DNA of 64,000 nucleotides from Halobacteriovoraceae bacterium. GTDB taxonomy: Bacteria; Bdellovibrionota; Bacteriovoracia; Bacteriovoracales; Bacteriovoracaceae. The stretch covers positions 736,001 through 800,000 of the forward strand of contig CAVRCF010000005.1 of NCBI GenBank assembly GCA_963719505.1. Reading direction: 5' to 3'. Below are positions 38,901-48,891 of this stretch, piece by piece. Below the pieces are notes generated by a model. The model saw only the letters and a program-made list of their open reading frames with translations. It ran no database searches and was not told where the DNA came from. A program made the translations under genes and the position numbers. How positions within the stretch are numbered: the first letter of the stretch is position 1; each line of letters opens with the position of its first letter.

Positions 38901-39137
38901 GAAACGGGAATGATTAACCTCGCTTTCACACCACAAAAATATTCTCAATATTTTTCTCTTTTAGAAAATACAAACTTCTTGTGCATACGAGGGAAATTAC
39001 AAAAAGCTGGCGAGTATCACTCAATACTCGTTGATGAAGTTGTCCAAAAAAATAATACAACAACTTTTAAAGCGGCGAAAAAAGATCAGCCACAACAGAC
39101 GGAGCTCTTTTTACATATTCCTCGTGGATATCATTGA
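35901..39137 (+). CDS. dnaE2: Error-prone DNA polymerase DnaE2 (ImuC)
   Basis: PHP N-terminus, CQGRGSAANS, PPDIDVDFEHERREEV, QWAKDD, FQIESRAQMSMLPR, YGFPESHA; C-terminal PRGYH variant of SRDFH. Confidence 0.95.
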   Translation: MVSTLKDHFKFHEWLCKTHFSFQSSTSSASDLIKTMISLDYDSFCVSDFDGVYGIARSFIELKHIEDKKLKLNYAAEIHLYQDHDLPLLDQVTISIGVKSFKGYRNLNKILTRSHKDSKDEAFISLIELAKMDLEDLFVIIPMRGGLKHFLENPRDLDILQALFKDDLYLAVTKIHHRFFDSLIPKVFALSKEKKIKTLISQDVFMTHRSEKCFHDVLVAMKNNRTLSDCGEYIFPNSERSLHSKKSILETYGSFPEFTQMLENSEALANSCHFSLSEISYKYPSEMIPDGLTAQQYLEKLSWEGAKERFGAPLSAKVVDLISKELDLIEDLGFADYFITVWDIVAWARSQNILCQGRGSAANSSVCFSLGITSCDPSLFDLLFERFMSKERGDPPDIDVDFEHERREEVLQYIYRRYGRKRASMVANIITFRTKSSLREVGKVLGVPEKILKTASNTVSTVKFRGEELSSIIDYIKANTHEDVDFSWDLWSHFSQKIIGFPKHMGLHSGGFVISNDPITELVAQEPATMEGRTIIQWAKDDIEELGFFKIDCLSLGMLTAVRKSFEMIKECYGVEFDLHNIPMDDAPTYKMIQKADTIGVFQIESRAQMSMLPRLKPRSFYDLVIEIAIIRPGPIQGNVIHPFLRRRDGLEPITFPHESAKKILSKTLGVIIFQEQMMRLAIELGDFTGGEANELRKHIGSWNSKNFNRNLQPYLKKLVSGLKKRGISRQYIVSMINQMKGFAHYGFPESHAISFAFIAYASSYLKCHYPAAFYTSVMNSQPMGFYTPHALIQAAKQEGIPIFPITINDSNWDHKLEALPEVSGRPPRFGIRLGFRIIKSLGEATVSKIIKSRNKHGKWKSFDHFTHLNSLKRDEYSALAAANVFECLGLDRSNALWKSEAIPFKPMIDIEEKKISWDKNSKLFESQLDFNSTGTSLKTHPVQIIKENDWSFDVEIEKITLASKLASMEERYGVYVFGMLMIKQAPPSAKGMVFYTLQDETGMINLAFTPQKYSQYFSLLENTNFLCIRGKLQKAGEYHSILVDEVVQKNNTTTFKAAKKDQPQQTELFLHIPRGYH

Positions 39138-39263
39138 TCAAAAACAAGGAGCAAAACGAAGAGTCGACACAACGCAAAAGGGCTCGCTAATTTAATGATA
39201 ACTATTTCTTATCAAATTTAGTAAGAATAAGTCTTGGAAACTCACTTACAAAAAAAGGATAAA

Positions 39264-40007
39264 ATGAAAAGACTACTCCTCATTTTGATGATCTTCTCAC
39301 AACAAGGAGAAGCAACTTCTTTTGCAAAAAAGGACTTGGCAGTCGCCATCGGTGCCAAAGCCAGCTCCCTTATCTATAAAAGAGGAATCATCATCTATGA
39401 AGGTGTTCAGCTTAGTCCCATATATTCTATTAACCTCTTTCGTAAAGATCTCTTTATCGCCGGATCCGCGCTCTATCATAATTTAATATTCTCCAAAAAT
39501 ATAAGACTTCTTACAAGAATTAACCTCGATGCAACAAAGGATAGACCACTGTACTACTCCAGTGAAAAAGAGGATGATCGGATAAGGAGGGAGAAAACGA
39601 ATGAGCTGGATTTCTTCTTTCAATACGATTTTACCCATAGCTCCTATATTCGAATAGAATATTCAAAAGACTTAGTGGCCCACTACGGACAGTATTCAGC
39701 CGTTCATCTTCGTTATGACTTAAGAACCAATAAAAGCCCAACTTTAATTCAACCAGGTTTATTTCTTAGCCTAGGGCAAGGTGATAAAAATCATAATGAG
39801 TACCTTTACGGCGAAGGAGCGAAGTCTGGTGTTAATAATATCGAATACGGCTTCTCAATTGTGAGTCCAAAAGCAATTGACAATTTTTGGCCAACACTTA
39901 AGATTACTCAATTTGAAATACTTGGAAAGGATAATAAAGAGGCTTCATTTGTAGAAGAGAAAACCGGGATAAGTGTTGAATTCCTTTTCGCTAAAAGAGT
40001 TTTTTAG
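39264..40007 (+). CDS. MipA/OmpV-like outer membrane protein
   Basis: Signal peptide, IYKRG, HNEYLYG, terminal Phe. Confidence 0.6.
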   Translation: MKRLLLILMIFSQQGEATSFAKKDLAVAIGAKASSLIYKRGIIIYEGVQLSPIYSINLFRKDLFIAGSALYHNLIFSKNIRLLTRINLDATKDRPLYYSSEKEDDRIRREKTNELDFFFQYDFTHSSYIRIEYSKDLVAHYGQYSAVHLRYDLRTNKSPTLIQPGLFLSLGQGDKNHNEYLYGEGAKSGVNNIEYGFSIVSPKAIDNFWPTLKITQFEILGKDNKEASFVEEKTGISVEFLFAKRVF

Positions 40008-40049
40008 TAAATTAATTTCTTTTATTCAAAGTTTTGATACACTTTATTA

Positions 40050-40484
40050 ATGAAAATACTCATAGCGACACTAATATGCTCCCATCTCACCTTCGCAAAA
40101 TGTATGATCCCTGATGATCAACAAAAAGTTAAAGATTCAAAGATTATTATTGTCGCAAAGATAAGAAGAGCAAATGTTTCAGGCGAATCTCAAAAGGTCC
40201 AATCCTACTGCGAAAACTTTGGGGCCAACAAAGTTCCCTTGCGCTATCTTATTGAGCCTGTAGAGATCTTAAAAGGTGACATTGATAAACAGATATATGA
40301 GCTGACTTATACCTTCTCCTGCAACCGCTATCCTCGAATGATGGGGTTCAAAGAGGGTTCAAGCTACGTTCTGTCCATTAAAATGCTAAAGAACAGAAAG
40401 ATTTTTCTCAGTGGTAATTCTTGTGGCTCCTGGGGATGGGATATAAAAAACCTTAAAAAAATAAAGAAGCTCATTGCAAACTAG
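40050..40484 (+). CDS. Exported hypothetical protein (possible TIMP/NTR-like fold)
   Basis: Signal peptide, early Cys, EILKG, SC...F..G.SY pattern. Confidence 0.5.
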   Translation: MKILIATLICSHLTFAKCMIPDDQQKVKDSKIIIVAKIRRANVSGESQKVQSYCENFGANKVPLRYLIEPVEILKGDIDKQIYELTYTFSCNRYPRMMGFKEGSSYVLSIKMLKNRKIFLSGNSCGSWGWDIKNLKKIKKLIAN

Positions 40485-40863
40485 CGTTTATCTCTCCCAA
40501 TAAAATACCTTGTTTAATTTCATAAGCGGCAAGAAGTAAAACCAAAATGATTTCAATCAAAAAGTAGCCATACCCCAAATCAGTTAAGCTTCCTAAAAAC
40601 TGTGCGAGAGTAAAAACACTGACGATGCAATACAAAAGGTTTAAAGCTCCAATGATATAAAGGTGATAACTTTTCAAGGCTTTGACTTTTGAAAAGCAGC
40701 CAAATGAGTAAAAGCAATAAAGGACAGGAAAGAGACTAAGAAAATATAACGACTGCTTTGGCACACCTATGTGCTGATGAAAAAGAGGAAGAATTATTCC
40801 TAGGGAAAGAGCGCTTATTACGGCACCGATGCCATCAATCAAGAAAAGAGTTTTGATATTCAT
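40471..40863 (-). CDS. Four-TM hypothetical membrane protein
   Basis: LFLIDGIGA, NLLYC, YFLIE; coupled to the desaturase gene. Confidence 0.65.
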   Translation of the reverse strand: MNIKTLFLIDGIGAVISALSLGIILPLFHQHIGVPKQSLYFLSLFPVLYCFYSFGCFSKVKALKSYHLYIIGALNLLYCIVSVFTLAQFLGSLTDLGYGYFLIEIILVLLLAAYEIKQGILLGEINASLQ

Positions 40864-41753
40864 AAACCCATCTTCAGTCTTTTATAAGCCTTTGTAAATG
40901 GTCCAAGGTACTGAACGAAGAGACTTTCATGATCCTTTAAGTAAGCCGTCCCAACTTCTAAATCGTCCATATCACCCAAAGTTTTAGAATGAATAAAAGT
41001 GCCAAAGACCCTATCCCAAATAACAGTAAAACTTCCAAAATTTGAATTTCCCTGTTTCATATCAATACTATGATGGATTTTATGATTTCTTGGTGTCATC
41101 AGAATATTCTCAAACCATCCACATCTAATATCCATATTGGCGTGGGTAAAGAGTCCAAGAACCGAATTCATCATAAGAAAATAGAAGAGAGCGTTTTCAT
41201 TAACACCAATTAAAAGAAGTGGCAGGTACATGCAAATTTGTTGAAAAAATCTCTCCACGATATGAGAGCGAGAGGCTTTAAAAACATTGAGCTTCCTATC
41301 ACTGTGATGGAGCTCGTGAAAAAGCCACATTATTTTGGATTGGTGGTGAAGTCTGTGTTGCCAATACCTTCCAAAGTCAGCGATCAAAATCAGCAAGCCT
41401 ACCTGAAAAATAATATTGAGATTATTGGGCCAAATATTGAAAGCCTCAAAAGAAGCAGCATACTTTAAAATGATCGCGGCTATAGCTGAATTGACGAAGC
41501 TTCCAAGGACTGTCCCTAAATTAGTTCCTAAAAGACTATGGACAACATCTTTTAATTCTTCTCTTCCTAAGCCTTTCCATTTCTTTTTAAATGGAAAAAG
41601 TTGTTCTGATAAAAGAACGATAAAGAAAAGAGAAGTTACATAAGTAAAAAGACTAAGAGCTTTACTCTGGCCGGAGCTTATAACCCAGATAGAGAAGATA
41701 ATCGTAATGACCATCACAACTGGAAAATAGGAATACTTAATAAAAGACCTCAT
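40860..41753 (-). CDS. Sterol desaturase / fatty acid hydroxylase family protein
   Basis: His boxes YWQHRLHH, HELHHS, HAN, HKIHHS, NFG..WDRVFGT. Confidence 0.92.
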   Translation of the reverse strand: MRSFIKYSYFPVVMVITIIFSIWVISSGQSKALSLFTYVTSLFFIVLLSEQLFPFKKKWKGLGREELKDVVHSLLGTNLGTVLGSFVNSAIAAIILKYAASFEAFNIWPNNLNIIFQVGLLILIADFGRYWQHRLHHQSKIMWLFHELHHSDRKLNVFKASRSHIVERFFQQICMYLPLLLIGVNENALFYFLMMNSVLGLFTHANMDIRCGWFENILMTPRNHKIHHSIDMKQGNSNFGSFTVIWDRVFGTFIHSKTLGDMDDLEVGTAYLKDHESLFVQYLGPFTKAYKRLKMGL

Positions 41754-41937
41754 AGCCAGACTTTAACATGAATTTATTCGCCAATAGACGCAGTGTGTAA
41801 TAGTTTTATTCAAAAAGTGTCAATTTGAACAATACTTCTTCATCGGAAGTTGACATAAGTAGTTGAAAAGACAACATTTCTTAAGAGAAACTTTGGTATA
41901 ATAGTTGCAGATATATTAACTAATAATGGAGGTTCAA

Positions 41938-42600
41938 ATGAACAGATTAACACTCACACTCTTTCTTATCCTTACTTTAGTTTCTTGCGGTAAAGAAGAT
42001 GGGTCTTCATCATCTGATTCAACACCTGAGGTGGATCAAAGTCCTGTCGAAGTAGACTACTCTTTTGTTAATTCAAGAAAGGTGGATGATAGGATCTTTT
42101 TAGAGTCTTTTAGATATAGAGAGCTTTATACCTACACTGAGGGACAGGCTTCTGTCGTCATCCCTAAAAGAACAACCTTAACGCTTACGGAGAATGATAT
42201 AAAAGTCTTCGTCAAGGTTGATGAAAGTGATCTCTCAAGGGTTAATGGCCTCACACTTAAGGGCAGTGAACAGCCATGGGCACAGATGAAGTTTAAATCT
42301 CAAGTCACCGACGATATTGTAAAAATTTGTGTTCAGTTTCAGCCTAAGAGTCAAATGATTACGAAAACTGGCCTCACTGAAGTAGAACTCAACAAAAAAA
42401 CAGTTTTCACAGCTCTGGGTGATAGTAAAAACTGTGTCGGAATATCCGCAAATGGAATTGATGTTTTTAATGGAATAGAAAAAAGCTACTTAGTTGTTGA
42501 TGATACACAATCGATAGAAGCAGAAGCTAAATCAGATATGAAAGCCGGTAATCAAAGAGTAGGAACACAAGTAGAATTTTCATTTGAAATTGAACAGTAA
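41938..42600 (+). CDS. Hypothetical lipoprotein
   Basis: RBS ggagg, lipobox LVSC, Ser-rich linker. Confidence 0.7.
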   Translation: MNRLTLTLFLILTLVSCGKEDGSSSSDSTPEVDQSPVEVDYSFVNSRKVDDRIFLESFRYRELYTYTEGQASVVIPKRTTLTLTENDIKVFVKVDESDLSRVNGLTLKGSEQPWAQMKFKSQVTDDIVKICVQFQPKSQMITKTGLTEVELNKKTVFTALGDSKNCVGISANGIDVFNGIEKSYLVVDDTQSIEAEAKSDMKAGNQRVGTQVEFSFEIEQ

Positions 42601-42727
42601 AATCAAAACGATGTCTAAGATGCTTAATATCAAACAATAGGTTTGATTTTTTAAATTTTTTAACGACCTCTCCCTCTTGTACACTAAAAGTGCCCAATGC
42701 TTGGGCTACTTTGATAAAAAGGAGATC

Positions 42728-43078
42728 ATGATGAAATTTGTCTTTAAAAATATGGAGAGGTCTGAATTCATTGAAAGGAAAGTCTCAAATAAAATTGAAA
42801 GTTTTCAAGAAAAATTTCCTTCACTCAAGCTCTCAGAAATAATATGCACTATTAAAGCAAGTAAATCCTCACCTCAAAAAACCAGCGAGAAGTTCAGAGT
42901 AAAACTCAAAATTAATACAGGTAAGTACAGTGGTCTTATTTTGGAAAAAACATCAAACTTATTTCACAAAGCTCTCACAGAAGTAACCGATGGCATTCAT
43001 GAGAGGCTTAGAAGGTTTGACGGAAAGAAATTAAAGCAAAAAAGACAGCTCGCTTCTTTGAAAACTTTAAACAGCTAG
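42728..43078 (+). CDS. HPF/RaiA-like ribosome-associated protein
   Basis: FKNMERSE.I...V..K, A......ERL.R pattern; RBS aaggag. Confidence 0.65.
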   Translation: MMKFVFKNMERSEFIERKVSNKIESFQEKFPSLKLSEIICTIKASKSSPQKTSEKFRVKLKINTGKYSGLILEKTSNLFHKALTEVTDGIHERLRRFDGKKLKQKRQLASLKTLNS

Positions 43079-43090
43079 CAAAACTAGCTA

Positions 43091-43819
43091 TCATTTAAGG
43101 AGCATCCAAATTCCCATACCGATCATCATAAGATTTTCGGTTAGAGATATAAAGCCAAGAGGTACATTACTATCACCTCCGACACAAGCACATTTAAGTT
43201 CTCGCTTATCGATGTAGACTGCTTTGATAACAGAATAGCCACCCACGGCTCCAATAAAGATGGAAATCAAGGAGACAAAGGTAAGAAAAGAACCTGCGAT
43301 CATTCCTATACCGGCAATACCTTCAGCAAATGGATACACATAGGCATAGCGCAGATATTTTTTTGCCAAGACATCATAGGTAATAAATTGGTTAGAAAAT
43401 GAGTAAAGATCTTGAAGCTTTTGAATAGCTAAGACGGTCATACTAATGGCAATAAAACTTTCAAAAAAGTATAGAAAATTAAAACGATCTAACGTTGAAA
43501 AAGAAAAGGCTAAGGCCATAAGAGCTGTCGTTGAAAAAATGGCAATAATTGGCTGATAGGTCGTTCCCGCCTGCTTTAAAGTTTTAATATTAAAGTGTTC
43601 CACTAAATCGTCATAGCCACCAATTCTTTTACCCGCAATAAAGGTCTGTGGTGTGGTTTTCACATCATACTCATCTTTGAAGGCATCGGTCTGTTCACGA
43701 GTATTTAAGGTATGATCTTCGACCTCATATCCTTCTCTTTCTAAAAGGTCTTTCGACTTCATACCAAAAGGACATATATGTTGATCGGTCACCATTCTAT
43801 ATAAAACTGCTTTTTTCAT
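43091..43819 (-). CDS. Glutaredoxin-MauE/DoxX fusion membrane protein
   Basis: CPFG, TTPQTFI.G.RIGGYDDL; LKCACVGG.SNVPLGF.SLTEN. Confidence 0.88.
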   Translation of the reverse strand: MKKAVLYRMVTDQHICPFGMKSKDLLEREGYEVEDHTLNTREQTDAFKDEYDVKTTPQTFIAGKRIGGYDDLVEHFNIKTLKQAGTTYQPIIAIFSTTALMALAFSFSTLDRFNFLYFFESFIAISMTVLAIQKLQDLYSFSNQFITYDVLAKKYLRYAYVYPFAEGIAGIGMIAGSFLTFVSLISIFIGAVGGYSVIKAVYIDKRELKCACVGGDSNVPLGFISLTENLMMIGMGIWMLLK

Positions 43820-43904
43820 TTAACCTCCTTATAGTAAGGATAAAAGAAATCGAGACTCTTATCCCCCAATACATAATAAAGCTTTGTGATTAATTTTTTA
43901 CATA

Positions 43905-44435
43905 TTAGGCTTTAGGCGCACCACAGTGAGGCATATCCGGAGCATAAGGGTTATGAACTTTTGTCATTTTCTTTACATTTTGAAGCCAATACTTTTTAAC
44001 CATGGGGCAGTAAAAGAGGCCATAACGACCATCTAAGTCAATTTTTGTGATGATGATATCGTTTAATCTCTTTGAGATATTGTCTAAGAGGCTATTATTA
44101 ATACTTCTACTGTTTTCCGTTTTTATCGCACTAATTAATTTTTGCACATTGTCTTTTTCTAATTTATCTTTCACCATTTCAATTTTTATGAGAGCAAGCT
44201 TTTCAGAGAGTACCTTGGCTTTTTTTACGACTTCGTCTTTGTCATACTCAAAGTATGCAAAATGAAGTTGATCGTAAGCTTGAAGAGCATTGTAAATAAT
44301 TTCTTTATTTTTATCATTCACCTTCATCATTTCAGAACTAAAAGCTTTAGAGTTAAAGCCTATGAGAACCAAACCAACAAAGGCTATAAACCTAAATTGA
44401 AATATTGTTAGAAGTGAGTTACTTAGAAATTTCAT
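43905..44435 (-). CDS. DUF3347-like metal-associated exported protein
   Basis: YCPMV..YWLQ....NPY...M..CG. Confidence 0.8.
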   Translation of the reverse strand: MKFLSNSLLTIFQFRFIAFVGLVLIGFNSKAFSSEMMKVNDKNKEIIYNALQAYDQLHFAYFEYDKDEVVKKAKVLSEKLALIKIEMVKDKLEKDNVQKLISAIKTENSRSINNSLLDNISKRLNDIIITKIDLDGRYGLFYCPMVKKYWLQNVKKMTKVHNPYAPDMPHCGAPKA

Positions 44436-47400
44436 ATTTTTCTCCTTTAGAAATATTTTTTTGTTCGAAATAAGAATAAACTATTGGTACAGCAAAAAGA
44501 GTAATAAACTCAACCATCATCCCGCCTAAAGCTGGAATGGCCATGGGTTTCATGACCTCACTACCAGTACTTGTCGACCACATAATAGGAACGAGGGCAA
44601 CAATAGTCGTCGTTGTTGTCATGACTAAGGGTCTAATTCTTCTCGTCCCTGCTTCAAGAATACAATCCTTTAACCCAACCCAATCGGTGGGTTTATGAAT
44701 CCTAATTGCTTTTTGCAGGTATGTCATCATCACTACACCGTCGTCCACTGCAATCCCAAAAAGGGCAATAAAACCAACCCAAACGGCGACAGAAGCATTA
44801 AAACCACCTAGCCATAATAAAATAAGACCCCCTGAAAATGCAATTGGCACAGCACTAAAAATGATCGCCGCATTACGAAGATTCCTTATTCCTAGGTAGA
44901 TGATTATAAGATTAATAAAAAGAGCGATAGGAACTAATAACATAAGTCTATTGGTCGATCGAACTTGGCTCTCGTATTGTCCTGCCCATTGAAGAGAATA
45001 GCCTTCAGGGAGGTTAACCTTTTTAGAAATTTTTCCCTGTGCCTCTTCAACAAATCCAAGAAGATCTCGATTAGTGACATTCAAGAGAACGACCGAACGA
45101 AGCATCCCGTTTTCAGACTGGATCATCGCCGGACCAGTCACAATATTTACTCTTGCAAGTTGATCAAGAGGAATATGTTGTCCTAAAGGGCTTGGAACCA
45201 AAACTTTTTTTAAATCATCAATTCTATCTCTGAGCTCTTTTTTATATCTCACTCTTATGGGGTACCTCTGTCGTCCGTCATAGAACTGACCTATTGTCAT
45301 TCCACCAACCGCGGTTTGAAGTGTTCTATTGATGGTTCCCGTATTTATTCCGTAACGACTAGCGGCCACTCTATCGATATCAAACTCGATATAAGGTTTA
45401 CCTGTTATCTGCTGTGCATATACACCCGTAGAACCTTCAATTTTTTCTAGCTCAGTCCCAATTTTAGAAGCCAATATTTCCAAGGTTTCTAAATCGGGTC
45501 CAAAAATTTTAACACCCACTTGAGTCTTAATACCCGATGAGATCATCGATATACGATTCTCAATAGGAAATAACCACGAGTTCACAAGACCAGGGACTTG
45601 CATGGCTTTATCCAGCTCTTGGATGATATCGTAAATAGACATTCCACTTGGCCACTGATCCTTAGGAATAAGTTTAATTACTGTTTCAAACATTGAAATG
45701 GGTGCAGGATCAATAGCGGTGTCGGCACGACCAAGCTTTCCAACAGCATCTTGAACCAAGGGATGTTTCTTTAACTGACGGTCGGTATAAGCCAAAAGTT
45801 CCCGAGCCTTCGTCATGCTGACATCAGTTGTTGTAACCGGCATATACAAAATCTCCCCTTCATTGAGAGAAGGCATAAACTCACGTCCAAGTTGAGTGTA
45901 GGCGTACCCACCTAAAAGGATAATGAGAAAAGGAAAGAGAACAAACAGAAGCCTTCTTTCTAGGAAAAAATTTAGAACAGGTTTGTAGAAATTAATTATC
46001 GAGCGACTCACTGTATTCTTTTCAATAGGTTTTAGATTACCTTTTAGGAAGAAAACACTCAAAGCTGGTATAAGAACAATAGCCACAATAACGGACCCTC
46101 CCATGGCCAAAGTTTTTGCCCAAGCGAGGGGGCCAAAAAGCTTTCCTTCACTCCCCTCTAAACCAAAGACCGGAAGAAAGGTAACAATTGTCGTTGCAAC
46201 AGCTGTAAAGATAGCTGGTCCAACTTCTCGTGCTGACTTTATGATAATTGAGACTCTTTGTTTTTTATTGATATTAGGATTTTCTGAAAGACTCGAGTAG
46301 ATATTCTCAGTCATGATAATTCCCATATCCACCATCGAACCGATAGCGATAACGAGTCCAGATAAACTCATAACGTTTGAGTCAATTCCAATAAGCTTCA
46401 TGAGAATAAAACTTATTCCAACCCCCAAAGGTAGTGTTAATGAAATTAATATGGACGTTTTAAAGTGCAGCAGAAAAAGAAAGACGATTACTATTGTTAT
46501 TATAATTTCTTGTGATAACGCCGTATAGACAGTTCCAATTGTTCTTTCAATAACCTCTGTTCTATCATAAAAAGGAACGAGCTTAACCCCTTTTGGAAGA
46601 CCTTGCTTAATTGTTTTAAACTTCTCTTTTACTCTATCAATAATAATTTTTGGATTTTCACCATAGCGCATAGTTACAACACCACCTACTGATTCAACTC
46701 CATTTTTATCCAGCGCCCCTCTTCTAAAAGCCGGCCCCGTACCAACGGAGGCTATATCCTTGACACGAATAGGCGTTTTATCCTTAACATCTATGACAAC
46801 ATTTTCGATGTCCGTTAAAGATTTAAAAAAGCCCTTTCCACGAACGACAAATTCTCTATCTCCTTCTTCAATAACCTCGGCTCCAACATCGATATTACTG
46901 TTTTCAATCGCCTCTATGACTTTACTAAAGTGAATATCAAAAGCGAAAAGACGAGTAGGATCCACATCAATTTGATATTCTTTTACAAAGCCTCCGATAC
47001 TTGCAACTTCACTTACTCCACTGACTCTTTGAAGAAGATACTTTACATAGAAATCTTGAATTGATCTCAATTCTCCTAAAGACTTTGGAGTGATTGAGTC
47101 TTTCTCATTTTCTAAGGTATACCAAAAAATCTGTCCTAGACCTGTTGCATCTGGACCCATAGATGGAGTAACTCCACTGGGAAGTTCGCTTTTTCCAACT
47201 GAAAGTTTTTCAAGAACTCTACTTCTAGACCAATAAAAATCGATATCATCTTCAAAAATAATAGAAATAGAGGAAAAACCAAATGCTGATGTTCCCCTTA
47301 TATTTTTAACTCCGGGTATACCTTGCAAGATAATACTCAAAGGATAAGTAATTTGCTCCTCAATATCTTTTGGAGAGCGACCTGCCCACGTTGTAAAAAC

Positions 47401-47544
47401 AATTTGCTGATTTTCTCCAATGTCAGGGATAGCATCAATTCTAGCTGTTCTTAAGCTTAGGATTGACAAAAACGTAATCCCGATAAAAATGAGAACGACA
47501 ACCATTCTATTTCTAATTGATAATTCTATTAACCGACTTATCAT
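44419..47544 (-). CDS. cusA: CusA/CzcA heavy-metal RND permease
   Basis: DAIPDIGENQQIVFT, GPDATGLG, EFMP.LNEG, PISMFET, RIRP..MT. Confidence 0.93.
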   Translation of the reverse strand: MISRLIELSIRNRMVVVLIFIGITFLSILSLRTARIDAIPDIGENQQIVFTTWAGRSPKDIEEQITYPLSIILQGIPGVKNIRGTSAFGFSSISIIFEDDIDFYWSRSRVLEKLSVGKSELPSGVTPSMGPDATGLGQIFWYTLENEKDSITPKSLGELRSIQDFYVKYLLQRVSGVSEVASIGGFVKEYQIDVDPTRLFAFDIHFSKVIEAIENSNIDVGAEVIEEGDREFVVRGKGFFKSLTDIENVVIDVKDKTPIRVKDIASVGTGPAFRRGALDKNGVESVGGVVTMRYGENPKIIIDRVKEKFKTIKQGLPKGVKLVPFYDRTEVIERTIGTVYTALSQEIIITIVIVFLFLLHFKTSILISLTLPLGVGISFILMKLIGIDSNVMSLSGLVIAIGSMVDMGIIMTENIYSSLSENPNINKKQRVSIIIKSAREVGPAIFTAVATTIVTFLPVFGLEGSEGKLFGPLAWAKTLAMGGSVIVAIVLIPALSVFFLKGNLKPIEKNTVSRSIINFYKPVLNFFLERRLLFVLFPFLIILLGGYAYTQLGREFMPSLNEGEILYMPVTTTDVSMTKARELLAYTDRQLKKHPLVQDAVGKLGRADTAIDPAPISMFETVIKLIPKDQWPSGMSIYDIIQELDKAMQVPGLVNSWLFPIENRISMISSGIKTQVGVKIFGPDLETLEILASKIGTELEKIEGSTGVYAQQITGKPYIEFDIDRVAASRYGINTGTINRTLQTAVGGMTIGQFYDGRQRYPIRVRYKKELRDRIDDLKKVLVPSPLGQHIPLDQLARVNIVTGPAMIQSENGMLRSVVLLNVTNRDLLGFVEEAQGKISKKVNLPEGYSLQWAGQYESQVRSTNRLMLLVPIALFINLIIIYLGIRNLRNAAIIFSAVPIAFSGGLILLWLGGFNASVAVWVGFIALFGIAVDDGVVMMTYLQKAIRIHKPTDWVGLKDCILEAGTRRIRPLVMTTTTTIVALVPIMWSTSTGSEVMKPMAIPALGGMMVEFITLFAVPIVYSYFEQKNISKGEKYEISK

Positions 47545-47553
47545 CTAAAATCC

Positions 47554-48891
47554 CTAGTTCTTGTCTGATGTTGGCGTTGACATTTCTTCATAACCACCAA
47601 AGAGTTGAGCTTGTGCGTCTAGTAGGAAGTTTCCTTCAATGACGACTTGTTCGCCCTCAACAAGCCCTTGTTTAACTTCGACATATCCTTCTGACTCGTA
47701 GCCGGCTTTAATCTTTTTTGCTCTAAATTCTTTTTCATTCACTCTGGTCCAAACAACTTTCCTTTTCCCCGTATCAATAACTGCACTTCTTGGAATAACG
47801 AGAGGTGTTCCTGGGATTTCTATCGTCAAGGTTCCACTGGCCACCATCGCAGGCTTTAACATTCCTTTGGTATTTTTAATAGTCGTTCTTATTTTTAGCG
47901 TTCTTGTTTTTGGATTAAGGACGGGACTTACGAAATCAATAAGACCAGAAATTTCTTCTCCAGGATGAGCACTAAAAGTAAGCTCGATGCTCTGACCATT
48001 TTTAACAAGAGCAGAGTCACTCTCATAGACATCTAGCTCTATCCAAACCTCACTCAAGTCTGAAAGCTCAAAAAAGTTTTCTCCTTCTTTGAAGTATTTT
48101 CCAACGATAGCTTTTCTCTGCCTCACGATTCCTGTCGCTGGAGAATAGATCTTTATGCTCTTTGGAACTTTTTTTTCTTTGTACCATTTTTCATACTGAA
48201 ATGATTTCACTCCCCACTGCTCTAGGCGCTGTTCACTTTGGGAGTACATATCTTTAAAGTCCTTAGATTTTGTTTTGTCATAGCTTGTTCTGGCAATGAT
48301 GTACTCCTCACCCGCGGTAATAAGCTTAGGACTATAAAGTTCTAAAACGAGATCATCTTCTTGGATAAAGCTTCCTGTTGAGCTAACATAGACTTTCTCT
48401 ACTCTTCCATCTATCCTAGCCGGAATACTGCTTTCTTTTTCTTCTGACTGCATTACGGAACCTAGAAGCCTTATTTTTTTTACCATCTTCATAGGAGTCA
48501 CCTCAAAGAAGGCAGGAGAAAAATGACTTAACTGGGCCTCTCGAAGCCTAACCTTTCCAATCTCTTCTAAGATATCATGATCTTTCTTTACCATTTCAGT
48601 TCCATCGGTTGGACAAACCTCTTTTTTATCACTTGTAATATCTGGAAAGTTTTTACAGTACCAAACTTCTTTGTGCTCAGAAACTTCTGGATTTGATTTA
48701 TCAATCTCAACTTTAGTCAAATTCATATGACAGATGGGACATTTACCAGGTTTGGATTCTCTTATTTGAGGATGCATAGCACAGGTGTAGAAGACCTCAC
48801 TACTGGTATGATTATGCTTTACGGGATCGATACTCTTTGAGCAACTCATAAAGCTCACTGATAAAAAGATGGCGATGATTATTTTATCCAT
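47554..48891 (-). CDS. cusB: CusB-like membrane fusion protein with heavy-metal-binding domain
   Basis: YTCAMHPQI..PGKCPICHMNL, YSP.L, LKPAM, GNFLLDA. Confidence 0.9.
   Translation of the reverse strand: MDKIIIAIFLSVSFMSCSKSIDPVKHNHTSSEVFYTCAMHPQIRESKPGKCPICHMNLTKVEIDKSNPEVSEHKEVWYCKNFPDITSDKKEVCPTDGTEMVKKDHDILEEIGKVRLREAQLSHFSPAFFEVTPMKMVKKIRLLGSVMQSEEKESSIPARIDGRVEKVYVSSTGSFIQEDDLVLELYSPKLITAGEEYIIARTSYDKTKSKDFKDMYSQSEQRLEQWGVKSFQYEKWYKEKKVPKSIKIYSPATGIVRQRKAIVGKYFKEGENFFELSDLSEVWIELDVYESDSALVKNGQSIELTFSAHPGEEISGLIDFVSPVLNPKTRTLKIRTTIKNTKGMLKPAMVASGTLTIEIPGTPLVIPRSAVIDTGKRKVVWTRVNEKEFRAKKIKAGYESEGYVEVKQGLVEGEQVVIEGNFLLDAQAQLFGGYEEMSTPTSDKN

Noticed and set aside
43860-43900. A third ECF promoter before the glutaredoxin-MauE gene
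   Set aside because: Only a partial ATCACA is present, with no CGTAA at 16-bp spacing
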